Positions 1 to 9,402 of a DNA stretch of 36,408 nt are shown here, one piece after another (position 1 is the stretch's first letter; the number at the start of each line of letters is the position of its first letter). This DNA comes from a virus (lineage: Duplodnaviria > Caudoviricetes). The stretch is from positions 1-36,408 of IMG/VR virus record IMGVR_UViG_3300028588_000056; one strand, given 5' to 3'. A model generated the notes under the pieces. The model ran no database searches, was not told where the DNA came from, and worked only from the letters and a program-made list of their open reading frames with translations. The position numbers and the translations under genes are program-made.

Positions 1-2709
1 CATCCACGTCTGGGGAACGCGGGAGAAGCCCGTTTCCAGGGCGGTCGTGCGACCGGCCACAGCGCTGTCGCCATCCGCTCGGGCCGTTGCCTCGTCATTG
101 ATCTTGGCGAGCAGATTGCTGGACTGCGTACCGGCCAGCTGCGCTTCCAGGCCGGTGGCGCGGTTGGCAAGAGCGCTGTCGGCATTGGAGCGCGCGGTGA
201 CCTCCCCGTTGACCTTGGCGGTGTAGTCACCCCGATCCGTGCTCGCCTGCGTGACGACGCTGTCGATCCGCTGGCCCAGCGCGCCATCAGCGTTAGACCG
301 GGCGAGGCTTTCCGAGGTGATCGCGGACGTGTTGCCATTGACGGTCGTAGTGACGCTGTCGATCCTCCGCCCGAGTGCGGTGTCCGCGTCCGAGCGTGCG
401 ATGGTCTCGGCCCCAATGGCAGCCGTGTTGCCGCCCACGGTCGTGCTCAGGCTGTCGACTCGCGCCGCGATCGCACTGTCGGCGGTGGTACGAGCGGTCT
501 CTTCGGAGGAGATCAGCGCCCTGACGGCGAGGGCATCGGTCGCGTCCACGATCGACGATCGCGCAGCGTTGGCTTCGCCGCCTGAAACGCGCGCGAACCC
601 GAACCTGAGATAGGCCGCGGCCGGATAGGCTGCCCGCACGCTATTACAATCCACCACCCACTGCGAGGTGGTGCCTGCGGCCGCTGGAGAGACGGTGACA
701 CCTACCACCGTGCCCAAAGCCGCATAGCTTGCGTCGAGCACAACATAACGGGGCGCCGCGCCCACCGTAGACGAAGTAAAGCGCGCCAACAGCAAGCCGT
801 GCGTGTATTTACGATCCGCTACGACCGTCACGACGGCCTTGTGATACACTGCTCCCTGGCCACCGCCGAGGTGAAAGCTCGCTCCGATTGACGGGTGAAT
901 GTCGATGGAGTTGACAGTGTCCGCGACTGCGTTCGGGGCCCCGGTGGTCGCGTTTGTGAAGGCGACCCTATCGGCGGTTTCCGGCAGGTAAGTCTTGGAG
1001 ACAGTCGCTTCGACTACCGACGTGCGGCTTGCCAAGGCGCTGTCCGCATCCGTGCGCTGCGTAGTTTCGGTGCTGATCGCCGAAGTTGCGCCGTCGGCGG
1101 TGCGCTGCGCCGTCTCAGTCTTCGTGGTCAGCGTGCCTTCCGCGCCCTTGGCCCGGTTGACTTCAGCCGCGAGGTCGGTGAGCGCCTTCGTAGCGTCGCC
1201 GCGAGCCTGAACCGCTTCCGTCCGCACCGAAGCCACTTCGCTGCGCGCGACGGCGACATCGGCTTGAACATCGGCAACCTCTTCGTTGGTTGCATCAACA
1301 GCGGCGTCGAGCAGGCGTGCAGCCTCGGCAGCATTGTCGATGCCGGATAGAACTTCCTCAACAGGACGCGTGCCGACGCTTGTGCCAGGAGGAGCGCCCA
1401 CCGTTGCGCCGTCTGCCGGCTTTGGGCGGCTCGGATCGTTGTCGATCACGTCCGTCCAGTTGGGCGGCGCCACCTTCAACGGCTCCACCTTGGCGGCGAC
1501 GCTCAGCCCCTCGATCGTAAGCGACAGCTTGCTTACCGTCTCGCCGACCTCGATCGAGAAATCCTTGAAAAAGCCGTACACCGTCAGGCTGTCGAGCCCC
1601 GCCTGTCCGATCCAGAGCGAGGGGCGCGCACGCACCTTCGCGATCCGGTCGGCAACGATGTCCACGGCATCGGTGCGCAGAAGCGCGTTTGCGGTCATGC
1701 GCTTCGCCCAGCCGCGCTGGACAACAGTCACCTCACCGAAGTCGTCCACTTCCTTGCGGCTGAAGTCGGTGATCCCCGCCGTCGGCGACGCCTCGGTCAC
1801 GCCCAGCGCGGCCAAGCGACCGACCAGCAGCGTGCCGACCGATACCTGCGCGCCCGAGATCGTCACCGTCAGCAGACCCGCCTTGCCGGGCAGGTCGAGC
1901 AGGGTCACTGCGCCGGCACCGACCGCGACCGTCCGGTCATAGCCGGATGCCTGAACGCGAACGGTGGCCGCCGTTACGTCGAGCAGCGCGACCGCGTCGA
2001 CGGCGCCGGCATCGAGCGTGACGGTGATGGCATTGGCCCGCTTGGTGGCCGTGCCCAGTGCCTGGTCGAACATCGCCCAGCGATTGGTCGGGCCGACATC
2101 AAGCCACTTTCCCGAGGCGCCAAGCGGATCGTTGCCTCGATTGACCACCACCAGGCTCTCGAAGATGCGATGCGCGCTCGCGACGATCACGCGCGCGCCT
2201 TGGCCATAGGTGGTTCCGGCCGCCCAGGCGGGATGATCGGTCTCTGCGACGTTGCTCGCGGTCAGGGCCGCATCGGTGATCACGGCGGGCTGAAGCAGCA
2301 GAAGCGTCGACCGCTTGCCCTCGGGCGCAGGATCGCGCGCAAGATCGACCGCGTCGCCCGTTGCCGTCAGGCCCTCCACCGTCAGCGTGCAATAGCTGAC
2401 AGGCGGTACGGCCAGATCGAGCGCGAACTCTTTGTAGAAGCCACGAAAGCTCAGGCTGGCGAAACGATCGTCGGCAATCCACTGGGCGGGCGTAGAGCGT
2501 AGCTCCGCAAGCTGCCGCTGAAGTTGGTCGACCTGATCGAACGGCACCAGCAGCTTTACCGACATGCGCCGGGCGAAGCCCCGCTCCACCACGGTGGTCA
2601 CACCGAAGTCGTCGGTTTCGCGCCGGCTATAGTCGATGATCCCGATGGTCGGGTTCGTCTCGGTCGTGCCGAGTTCGATCACCCGGCCGTCGTCGAGCGA
2701 GACTCTCAT
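1..2709 (-). CDS. Large tail tip/fibre (host-specificity) protein, truncated by window edge (>903 aa; absent from ORF track because it has no stop in the window)
   Basis: ATG at 2709 overlaps tape measure stop (ATGA); manual translation MRVSLDDGRVIELGTTETNPTIGIIDYSRRETDDFG... stays open to base 1; duplicated N-terminal domain, CBM-like WAAGTTY..W segment, coiled-coil ARSNADSAL repeats. Confidence 0.88.
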   Translation of the reverse strand, partial: MRVSLDDGRVIELGTTETNPTIGIIDYSRRETDDFGVTTVVERGFARRMSVKLLVPFDQVDQLQRQLAELRSTPAQWIADDRFASLSFRGFYKEFALDLAVPPVSYCTLTVEGLTATGDAVDLARDPAPEGKRSTLLLLQPAVITDAALTASNVAETDHPAWAAGTTYGQGARVIVASAHRIFESLVVVNRGNDPLGASGKWLDVGPTNRWAMFDQALGTATKRANAITVTLDAGAVDAVALLDVTAATVRVQASGYDRTVAVGAGAVTLLDLPGKAGLLTVTISGAQVSVGTLLVGRLAALGVTEASPTAGITDFSRKEVDDFGEVTVVQRGWAKRMTANALLRTDAVDIVADRIAKVRARPSLWIGQAGLDSLTVYGFFKDFSIEVGETVSKLSLTIEGLSVAAKVEPLKVAPPNWTDVIDNDPSRPKPADGATVGAPPGTSVGTRPVEEVLSGIDNAAEAARLLDAAVDATNEEVADVQADVAVARSEVASVRTEAVQARGDATKALTDLAAEVNRAKGAEGTLTTKTETAQRTADGATSAISTETTQRTDADSALASRTSVVEATVSKTYLPETADRVAFTNATTGAPNAVADTVNSIDIHPSIGASFHLGGGQGAVYHKAVVTVVADRKYTHGLLLARFTSSTVGAAPRYVVLDASYAALGTVVGVTVSPAAAGTTSQWVVDCNSVRAAYPAAAYLRFGFARVSGGEANAARSSIVDATDALAVRALISSEETARTTADSAIAARVDSLSTTVGGNTAAIGAETIARSDADTALGRRIDSVTTTVNGNTSAITSESLARSNADGALGQRIDSVVTQASTDRGDYTAKVNGEVTARSNADSALANRATGLEAQLAGTQSSNLLAKINDEATARADGDSAVAGRTTALETGFSRVPQTWM
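30..520 (-). repeat. Degenerate ~29-aa (87-bp) coiled-coil repeats in tail fibre
   Basis: EETARTTADSAIAARVDSL / ETIARSDADTALGRRIDSV / ESLARSNADGALGQRIDSV / EVTARSNADSALANR / EATARADGDSAVAGR. Confidence 0.85.
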
Positions 2710-5700
2710 GCCGCGCTCGAAACGCTAATCGAGTTCCCGTCCTGCGTCACGTCTTCCAGTTTCCTCTTGATCGCACCAGTGTTGGCGGCCGTGGCCGCGT
2801 GGCCGGCGTTGTTGTCAGACCGCAGACCCGCGACCTCTTCGCGGAGGGCGCGGACTTCGCTCGCCAAGTCGTCGTTCGCAGGCGCGGCCGATGTGCCCGG
2901 CTGCGAGCCCGCGACGGCCCGCAACAGCGCATCCGTGGTCGCGGCGGTGGTCGGCGCCGCGCCGGCAAGCCGGCTGATCGCGGAGAACGTTGCCTCCAAA
3001 CTGGAAGCCGTCTGCGCACGGATGCGGTCCAGTTCCTGCCGGCTAGTGGCCGACTTCTCTGCGGCGGCGAGCAACGACTGAGACAGGCCGGTCAGGCCCT
3101 TTGCGGCGTCCTGATCGCCGCCACGCGCCGCAGCCGTCGCAGCGTTGAACTGGCCCATAAGCGACGCGAAGCCGCCGCCCGTGTCGCTGCCGGTCAGCCC
3201 ACGGATGCGCTTCACTTCATCCATGATGCTTTCGCCGACCGACTTCCAGGCAGAGCGCAGTTCGTCGGCCGCACGCGCGGCTTCCTGCGCGTCTTGGATC
3301 GCCCAGATTTGCTGTTGCAGCGCGCGGTTGCTGGCATCGAGCTTCGCAAGCTCCAGTTCGCGGATTGCGGCAGTGTTGCCCTGAAGCTCCAGCAATTGGC
3401 GCTCCAGGTCCGTCCGCTCGCTCAGGATGTCGGCCGCGCTCTTCGCGCCCTCCATCGACGCTTGCAGGTCCGCGAACGCAGGCGCCAGCTTCAGCAGCGT
3501 GGCATAGGTGGCCTGGCCCGCAGCCGTGGTGAGGTCCTGCACCTCCACCAGCTGCCGGAACGCGGCAAGCGTGCCGGGCATGGTGAGCCCCAGGCTGGTG
3601 AACACGCGTCCGAGCTGCGCCGACTTGGCCGCTGCCTGCTCTTCCTTGGTGTAGAAGCCCTGGAAGTACGCCTCGGCCGCGCTGGTGAGATCGCTGACGC
3701 TGTCGAACTGGTCGGCCAGCCCGAGCTTGGCGGCAATGCCCATGCCCTGCGCATTGCGGCCGAGCATATCAAGCGAGCTGCCTACCGCCTCGATTGTAGA
3801 GGCGACCCGCACCAGCGTTTCGAAAGTGCCCTCGCCAACTTTCTGGAACTGGGCGAGGCCGGGGAACGCCGCAGCCGCCATGCCGTCCGCAGCTGCCCCA
3901 AAGATCGCCGTCAGCTTTTCTTCGATCTGGGAGCCGGTGAGGCCCTTCAGGTCGATCTTGCCGATGTTGACCACGAAGCTGTTCAGTCGGCCCTGTATGG
4001 CCGCCGTGGACTCGCCCAGCGGCCCGGCCGCTGCGGCGATGGCATCGTTGAACGAACGCAGGATCAGCGTGAACTGCTTTTCCAAGCCTGCGTCGGCGTT
4101 GCTATACTGGGTCGAGGTCGAAGTGCCCGTCTTGATGCCCAGGAACTTCTTCTGCTTTTCGACGTCGCTGTAATAGGACGCGTCGAAGCCGCCCGACAGG
4201 ACCGAGCCCACCGACTGCGACTTGCCGTACAGGCCGCTGCCGACAACCTTGGTGGTCGACCCGAACAGCGAGCCGATCAGGCTGCCGATCCCGCCGATGA
4301 TGCCGCCCAGCACTGGGATCTTGGACAGCAGGCCCCCGCCCGTCACCAGGCCGGACAGCAGCTTGCCGGTGGTGTCGGTCTTGAACCCCTCGGTCACGCC
4401 GGCACTGGCGTTGATGTCGCCCGAACGGACGATCAGCGCCGCGAACCCGCCGATCTGGCTGTCGATCGACCGCAGCGAAGCTGACATCTCACGCGCATAG
4501 CTGTTCGTGAGTGTGTCGACGTCCTTCAGCGCGTCGATCGCGCGCTTGATGCTCTCGCTCTTCGCCGCGCTGTCGCCCAGCACAGTGCCGGTGCCTTCGT
4601 TCGCCGGCTCCAGCTTGCTCCCGCTGCCACCGAACGAACCAGCGATCGACAGACCGATAGAGGCAAGCGCGGCGACCGTCGCAGCGCCGGCCGCAAGGTT
4701 GAGCGGGAACGGCATCGACGCGATAGCCTTGGCCACCGCTTCAACAGCATGGGCAGCCGCGCGCGCGCCGCTCTTGGCGATCGACGATCCGGTCTCGATC
4801 GCATCCTGAGCGATCGAACGAACGGACATTGCGAACTCGACCGCGCGGAACACCTGCTCGGCGCGCTTCATGGCTTCGTAACCGGAGGTGCCTTCCTTGA
4901 AGAAGCCCTTCGCGGCCGAAGCCATGTCGCCATAGAGGCCCACCTGCATGGCGCTGGATCGTACAGCGAACAGGGTGTTCACCTCACGCAGTCGCTGGGC
5001 CTTTTGGTTCTCATCATTCAGGAGAGAGATGCCGCGCAGCTGATCATCGTGAGCCTGCTTCAATCGAGCCTGATCAGCTAGATAGCCGGCGAAGCTGGAG
5101 GAAAGGTCACCCAACGCGCGCCCTGCTTCACCGAATGCATCAGCGATGCCTTGACCGGCGCGCTGTACGTTACCGGCGATCAGATCGAGCAAGTCGGCCT
5201 GATAGGTGAGGCTGTTATTCGCCGCGTCCGTGCGCAGCCGAAGTTGCAGTTCCAGGTCCGCGATCTCGGCCTGCCGGGCAATGTGGTCGGCGGCATCCTT
5301 TCCCGTCCATCCCTTGGCCTCGACCTCACGGGTGGCACGCAGGGTAGCCAGAGCGTGTACGCGAACGGCCTCCGTGGCGCCGACCAGCCGCAATTCCTCG
5401 GCAAGCTCGGCAAGCCGAACCTGCCCGCTTGCCTTAGCCGCCGCCAGCTGCGCTGCACGTTCGGCATTGGTCAGCCGGTCGCGGGTCGCGCGCTGCTTGT
5501 CGAGCGCGTCGGTAGCAGCCTGGATGCCTTGAAGGTCCTTTACATGGTGCGCAGCTTCGAGCGCGGCGAGCAGCGGCAGGTCGGCCAGGCGGTCGCGCAG
5601 CAGGTCGGCGGCACGTTCTGCCGGCACTGTGCCCGCCGCCACCTGGGCGTTCACCTGCTCCTGCATCTCGGCCTGCTCACGCATCGTGGCCGTACTCTTC

Positions 5701-7688
5701 GCCGAATCTGAGACACGCTGCGCGATGGCGAGACGAACCTGTCGTGCTACCAGTTCTTCAATGTCAGCCCGCTTCTTGATCGCAGCGCTTTCAGCCTTCA
5801 CCCGCGCTTCCGCTAACAGGGCCGCCGCACCCGACACGCCATAGGCATCTGCCAGGGCGTACAGGTTCCTGATCTGCGCTTCGACCGCTTGGGCCTCCCG
5901 CGCCAGCTGCTCGGCATGCTTGTCGGTCTTGCCCTTCTCCGGATCAAGATAGCCCTTGTCCGTGGCCTGCTTCTTGATCCGCTCCTCGGCATTCTTCCGC
6001 GCCTGCGCAGAGATCGCCCCGCCGATTGCGGAACCCGCCGCGCCGACATAATCGACGGCCAGTGCCTTTTTCAGCTCGCCGGTCGCCGTCGTGCCGATTT
6101 TGGCGAACGCGCCCTTGTACTGGTTGTTGACCGCTTCGATCTGGCCAGCCTCCAGCGTCGGGATCTTCATGCCCTCCGGAAGTACCCGGTTCGCTTGCGC
6201 TCCGATCCAGTTGAGGCCTTCCACGGCCTTGCGCACCAGCGCGTTGATCGCACCGATACTGGCATTGACCGCGCTGTAGAACACGTCTCCCATCACAGCT
6301 GGGAACTGCGTCCATGTTTTCGTGATCGCGTTGTAGGCGCCAACGAAGCCGCCGATCAGGAAGTTGGTCGCCGTCTTCACGCCGCCGCCGACCCAATGTA
6401 GCCACTCTTTCATTTCTGCCCATACGGCTTTCACCGTTGGACCGATCTCGTCCCAGATCGCGCGTCCCGCCACTTGGAACACCGCCTCGGCCGTATCACC
6501 GAAGGTGACCGTCACATTGTCCAAGTTGCGGATTTCCTTGGCGGTCAACCCCAGCGAGGCGGCGTACTTCTTCATGTCGCCACCGTCTTTCGCTTCGCTC
6601 TGCAACAGCTTGATCGCGCCCGCAGCCAACGCCGCGGTGCCGGCGATCGCAAGGAACCAGGGATTGGTGGCCGTGGCGAGCAGCGCGGTCTTGGTCATCA
6701 GCGCGATTTCGGCCGTGAGGCCGCGCACGCCGATCCCGGCCTGCATCATGATCCCTTTGATCTGCAGACCCTGCTGCATCAGGGTCATCATCACCATCTT
6801 CATCGGTTCGGAACTCGCGGCCGCCGCGAAGAAGCCCTGGCCCATGTCCTGCAACTGGAAGACCAGGTTCTGCGAATGGTGCCCGGCAAGCTTGGTCGAC
6901 CCAGCGAAGCGGCCCATGGCCGCGTCGGCCGCACCATGCTCGCGAACGGCGCCGCGCAGCCGATCCTGCAGAACCTCCTGCTGACGCGCATACTCGGCAG
7001 GCGCGGTGGCGCCCGCATGGTACAGGCGGGTGCTTTCCGCGATCTCGTCGTTCAGCCGCTTGGTCGCGGCATAAAGCGGGTCGGTCGCCATCCGCAGCCG
7101 GTCGGCCGCAGCCGCATCGGCCTCCTGCGCGGCGTGCGATCCCCGCACCATCGCTGCCAATTGGGCATGCTCCCGCGCCGCACGTTGCACGGTATTCGCC
7201 TCGGCCGTCCGCGCGGCGGAGGTGCGCGCTATTGCAGCCGCCTCGGCTTCCGCCGCCGCTTCCGCCGCCAAACTCCGTTGGCGTGCCGCCGCGAAGAGCC
7301 GGTCGGCAAGATCGCTGTTGCCCTGCTGAGCGGCGGTGAGCGCTGTCGCCTCTACACGGGCGTCGCGCATTTCGTCGCGCGTCTTGCCAATCGCGCCCGC
7401 TTCCCGCTCCAGCTGCTTGATCAGCCGCTCGCCTACGCGCTCCGTCGCGGCCTTTTCCTGCCGCAGCGCCTGCTCGACCCTGCTTGTGGCAGCACCAAAG
7501 GAAGTCACGCTGGCGGTTGCGCTGCCCAGGTTCAACATACCACGCGACGCACGCTCAACCCTGGCGATGTCCTCCACCGCACTGGCGGTGACCCGGTCGA
7601 CCAGCGCGTCGAGGCTGGTCAGGCTCTCGAAGCTGCCCGCCGTGTCGATCGAGAAGCCGACTTCTAAACCCGGCGTACCGTCATCCAT
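2706..7688 (-). CDS. Tail length tape measure protein (~1660 aa)
   Basis: Very long Ala-rich helical ORF downstream of chaperones; QNLVFQLQDM motif typical of lambda-type TMPs; GGAG RBS upstream of ATG 7688. Confidence 0.95.
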   Translation of the reverse strand: MDDGTPGLEVGFSIDTAGSFESLTSLDALVDRVTASAVEDIARVERASRGMLNLGSATASVTSFGAATSRVEQALRQEKAATERVGERLIKQLEREAGAIGKTRDEMRDARVEATALTAAQQGNSDLADRLFAAARQRSLAAEAAAEAEAAAIARTSAARTAEANTVQRAAREHAQLAAMVRGSHAAQEADAAAADRLRMATDPLYAATKRLNDEIAESTRLYHAGATAPAEYARQQEVLQDRLRGAVREHGAADAAMGRFAGSTKLAGHHSQNLVFQLQDMGQGFFAAAASSEPMKMVMMTLMQQGLQIKGIMMQAGIGVRGLTAEIALMTKTALLATATNPWFLAIAGTAALAAGAIKLLQSEAKDGGDMKKYAASLGLTAKEIRNLDNVTVTFGDTAEAVFQVAGRAIWDEIGPTVKAVWAEMKEWLHWVGGGVKTATNFLIGGFVGAYNAITKTWTQFPAVMGDVFYSAVNASIGAINALVRKAVEGLNWIGAQANRVLPEGMKIPTLEAGQIEAVNNQYKGAFAKIGTTATGELKKALAVDYVGAAGSAIGGAISAQARKNAEERIKKQATDKGYLDPEKGKTDKHAEQLAREAQAVEAQIRNLYALADAYGVSGAAALLAEARVKAESAAIKKRADIEELVARQVRLAIAQRVSDSAKSTATMREQAEMQEQVNAQVAAGTVPAERAADLLRDRLADLPLLAALEAAHHVKDLQGIQAATDALDKQRATRDRLTNAERAAQLAAAKASGQVRLAELAEELRLVGATEAVRVHALATLRATREVEAKGWTGKDAADHIARQAEIADLELQLRLRTDAANNSLTYQADLLDLIAGNVQRAGQGIADAFGEAGRALGDLSSSFAGYLADQARLKQAHDDQLRGISLLNDENQKAQRLREVNTLFAVRSSAMQVGLYGDMASAAKGFFKEGTSGYEAMKRAEQVFRAVEFAMSVRSIAQDAIETGSSIAKSGARAAAHAVEAVAKAIASMPFPLNLAAGAATVAALASIGLSIAGSFGGSGSKLEPANEGTGTVLGDSAAKSESIKRAIDALKDVDTLTNSYAREMSASLRSIDSQIGGFAALIVRSGDINASAGVTEGFKTDTTGKLLSGLVTGGGLLSKIPVLGGIIGGIGSLIGSLFGSTTKVVGSGLYGKSQSVGSVLSGGFDASYYSDVEKQKKFLGIKTGTSTSTQYSNADAGLEKQFTLILRSFNDAIAAAAGPLGESTAAIQGRLNSFVVNIGKIDLKGLTGSQIEEKLTAIFGAAADGMAAAAFPGLAQFQKVGEGTFETLVRVASTIEAVGSSLDMLGRNAQGMGIAAKLGLADQFDSVSDLTSAAEAYFQGFYTKEEQAAAKSAQLGRVFTSLGLTMPGTLAAFRQLVEVQDLTTAAGQATYATLLKLAPAFADLQASMEGAKSAADILSERTDLERQLLELQGNTAAIRELELAKLDASNRALQQQIWAIQDAQEAARAADELRSAWKSVGESIMDEVKRIRGLTGSDTGGGFASLMGQFNAATAAARGGDQDAAKGLTGLSQSLLAAAEKSATSRQELDRIRAQTASSLEATFSAISRLAGAAPTTAATTDALLRAVAGSQPGTSAAPANDDLASEVRALREEVAGLRSDNNAGHAATAANTGAIKRKLEDVTQDGNSISVSSAA

Positions 7689-7704
7689 GAAGTGGCTCCA
7701 ACGC

Positions 7705-7728
7705 AAAAAGCCCCGCCGAAGCGGGGCT
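7705..7728 (-). terminator. Rho-independent terminator after moron gene, just upstream of tape measure gene
   Basis: Minus strand AGCCCCGC-TTCG-GCGGGGCT followed by T-run. Confidence 0.85.
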
Positions 7729-7820
7729 GGTGAGGTTCACATGCAGTCAATGGCGCCTGAGGCGCCTCGCTTAGTCGAGATCGGAGAAGGGGGTCGGCAT
7801 TACCGACCTCCTCCACATTG

Positions 7821-8177
7821 TCAGAATTTCGCTTCCGGGAACCCGCTGAATGGCGCCGCTTCGCAAATAGCATCCTCAATGAGGGGACGCCCAGGACCAC
7901 CTATCCAGTGCCGAAGCGCACCAGTCTGTCGGTTAATAACGATCGTCTGCGGCACCTCACTTGGCGAGTTGACGATGGTGTCCAGCAGGGTCAGCTCTCC
8001 GCTCGTTACCGCGCCCAACTTCCATCTTCGAGTACACGCTCCCTCGCAGGCCTCACCTCCAGCAATGTCGACTCGATAGCGGATTTCAGTCTTCCCGAAG
8101 GCACAGAGCAAGTCGAACTTATCAGCCGCCATGGCCGGAGTGGCAGCAAAGGCCGCAGCCAGGAACAACAACCGCAT
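7821..8177 (-). CDS. Secreted hypothetical protein (moron) with signal peptide and 4 Cys
   Basis: MRLLFLAAAFAATPAMA Sec signal with AMA cleavage site; GGAG RBS; inserted between chaperone and TMP genes. Confidence 0.8.
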   Translation of the reverse strand: MRLLFLAAAFAATPAMAADKFDLLCAFGKTEIRYRVDIAGGEACEGACTRRWKLGAVTSGELTLLDTIVNSPSEVPQTIVINRQTGALRHWIGGPGRPLIEDAICEAAPFSGFPEAKF

Positions 8178-8239
8178 ATCGACTCCCTCTCACCTAACGC
8201 CGTACCTTGGCCACTCGTGCAACGATTCGGAAGAGATTG

Positions 8240-8527
8240 ATGGCGCAAGAGAGCGAGTGGCCGGTGAGGCTCGTGTCGGCAAAGGTCGTGGTGGAAAATG
8301 GCACCCGATACCTACACGCGGAGCTTGAGGTTGACCGAGGAACGGAAAGTAATTCTTTCAGGTTCCCGGCTCAAATTCCCTATCATGGGCTTGATGACAG
8401 CAGCATCGTTCCCGTCGCTCGCAACTATTTCGCTCGGTCGATGCGGAAACTAGCGGATCAAACCGCCGATTGGGAAATCTCGCCTGAAGAATTGGCAGCT
8501 CTGCTGCCGGATAGGGAAACCCGGTGA
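8240..8527 (+). CDS. Hypothetical protein (moron), antisense to late operon
   Basis: Protein-like ORF MAQESEWPVRLVSAKVVVENG..., visibly AT-richer than flanks, divergent from 7821-8177; start 8240 preferred over 8207. Confidence 0.65.
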   Translation: MAQESEWPVRLVSAKVVVENGTRYLHAELEVDRGTESNSFRFPAQIPYHGLDDSSIVPVARNYFARSMRKLADQTADWEISPEELAALLPDRETR

Positions 8528-8560
8528 TGGTGTCGATTACGTAAGCCATACTTCCTCCCT

Positions 8561-8977
8561 TCAGCCTAGCACCGTCCGGAGCCGGGCCTCTTCAACTTCA
8601 CGCTCGCGAGGTGTCACATCAGTGCGCCAAGGCGGCGCCGCGTTCTCGCTCTCGGCACGCCGGCTCTCGGCGACATATTCCACCGACAGCCGGCGGATCA
8701 GCCGAGCCTCCCACGGCGCCAGGTGCACGCACGTCGCTCGCTGCCACTCGTTGATGGCAAGCCAGCTGATCGGAGCCCCGTCGGCATCGGTCAGACCGAT
8801 CTCGACAAGCCGATCGATGATGTGGGGTGCGGGGCTGGGCGGCATCTGGATCGGTATGCCGTCTTTCTTCATTTTCGCCGCACGGCTGATCGCGGGCGGC
8901 TGATCGGCGGCTTGACCGCGTTTGGTACGGGGGTCCGGCTTGGGCATGGCATTCAGCCACGCCATGTGCCGGACCAC
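8561..8977 (-). CDS. Tail assembly chaperone T segment (C-terminal part of GT fusion)
   Basis: ISWLAINEWQRATCVHLAPWEARLIRRLS motif; frame is open back to the slippery site in the upstream gene. Confidence 0.85.
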   Translation of the reverse strand: MVRHMAWLNAMPKPDPRTKRGQAADQPPAISRAAKMKKDGIPIQMPPSPAPHIIDRLVEIGLTDADGAPISWLAINEWQRATCVHLAPWEARLIRRLSVEYVAESRRAESENAAPPWRTDVTPREREVEEARLRTVLG

Positions 8978-8982
8978 CAGCG

Positions 8983-9402
8983 TCAGTTGCCCGCCGAGAC
9001 GGGCGTGAACTTTCCCCAGTCGCCGACGAACTTGTCAACCTGCGCCTTGATCCAGCCCAACGCCGGATCGGAATAGACAGCGGAATAGAGTGCGGCGCCG
9101 GTGAGCGGCCCCTCCGGGCCGTCATGCTCGATGTTGTGGAACGCGGCCGTGAGCGCGACCATGTCTTCGGTCGCGTTGGCACGCCGCTCTTCGATCGGCA
9201 CAGCGGAGACCTGGTTGTCGTTGTCCTTCATGCGCTTGATCACGCGTGCGGAAATTCGCTCTTCGACCTGCGCAAACTGCGGCGATCCAGGGCCGTAGAG
9301 GTCGATGCCGACTTTAGCGCCATCATCGTACAGGAAAGTGCCGTCAGGCCCCTTGAGGTGGAGGAAGCCGGTTGCAGCGGCTGCGAGCAGTGCGATCTTC
9401 AT
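8983..9402 (-). CDS. Tail assembly chaperone G
   Basis: Position between tail tube and TMP; ends with in-frame G GGA AAG slippery heptamer. Confidence 0.88.
   Translation of the reverse strand: MKIALLAAAATGFLHLKGPDGTFLYDDGAKVGIDLYGPGSPQFAQVEERISARVIKRMKDNDNQVSAVPIEERRANATEDMVALTAAFHNIEHDGPEGPLTGAALYSAVYSDPALGWIKAQVDKFVGDWGKFTPVSAGN
9010..9016 (-). other. Programmed -1 ribosomal frameshift site GGGAAAG
   Basis: Same heptamer as lambda G/T, in X XXY YYZ phase; -1 frame reads GKVHARLGGQLTLVVRHMAW into ORF 8561-8977. Confidence 0.9.

Noticed and set aside
2799-7667. Long plus-strand ORFs (561 aa, 397 aa and others) antisense to the tape measure gene, and similar ones opposite capsid, terL, primase and dnaN
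   Set aside because: Shadow ORFs expected from GC-rich codon bias; no RBS or recognisable motifs
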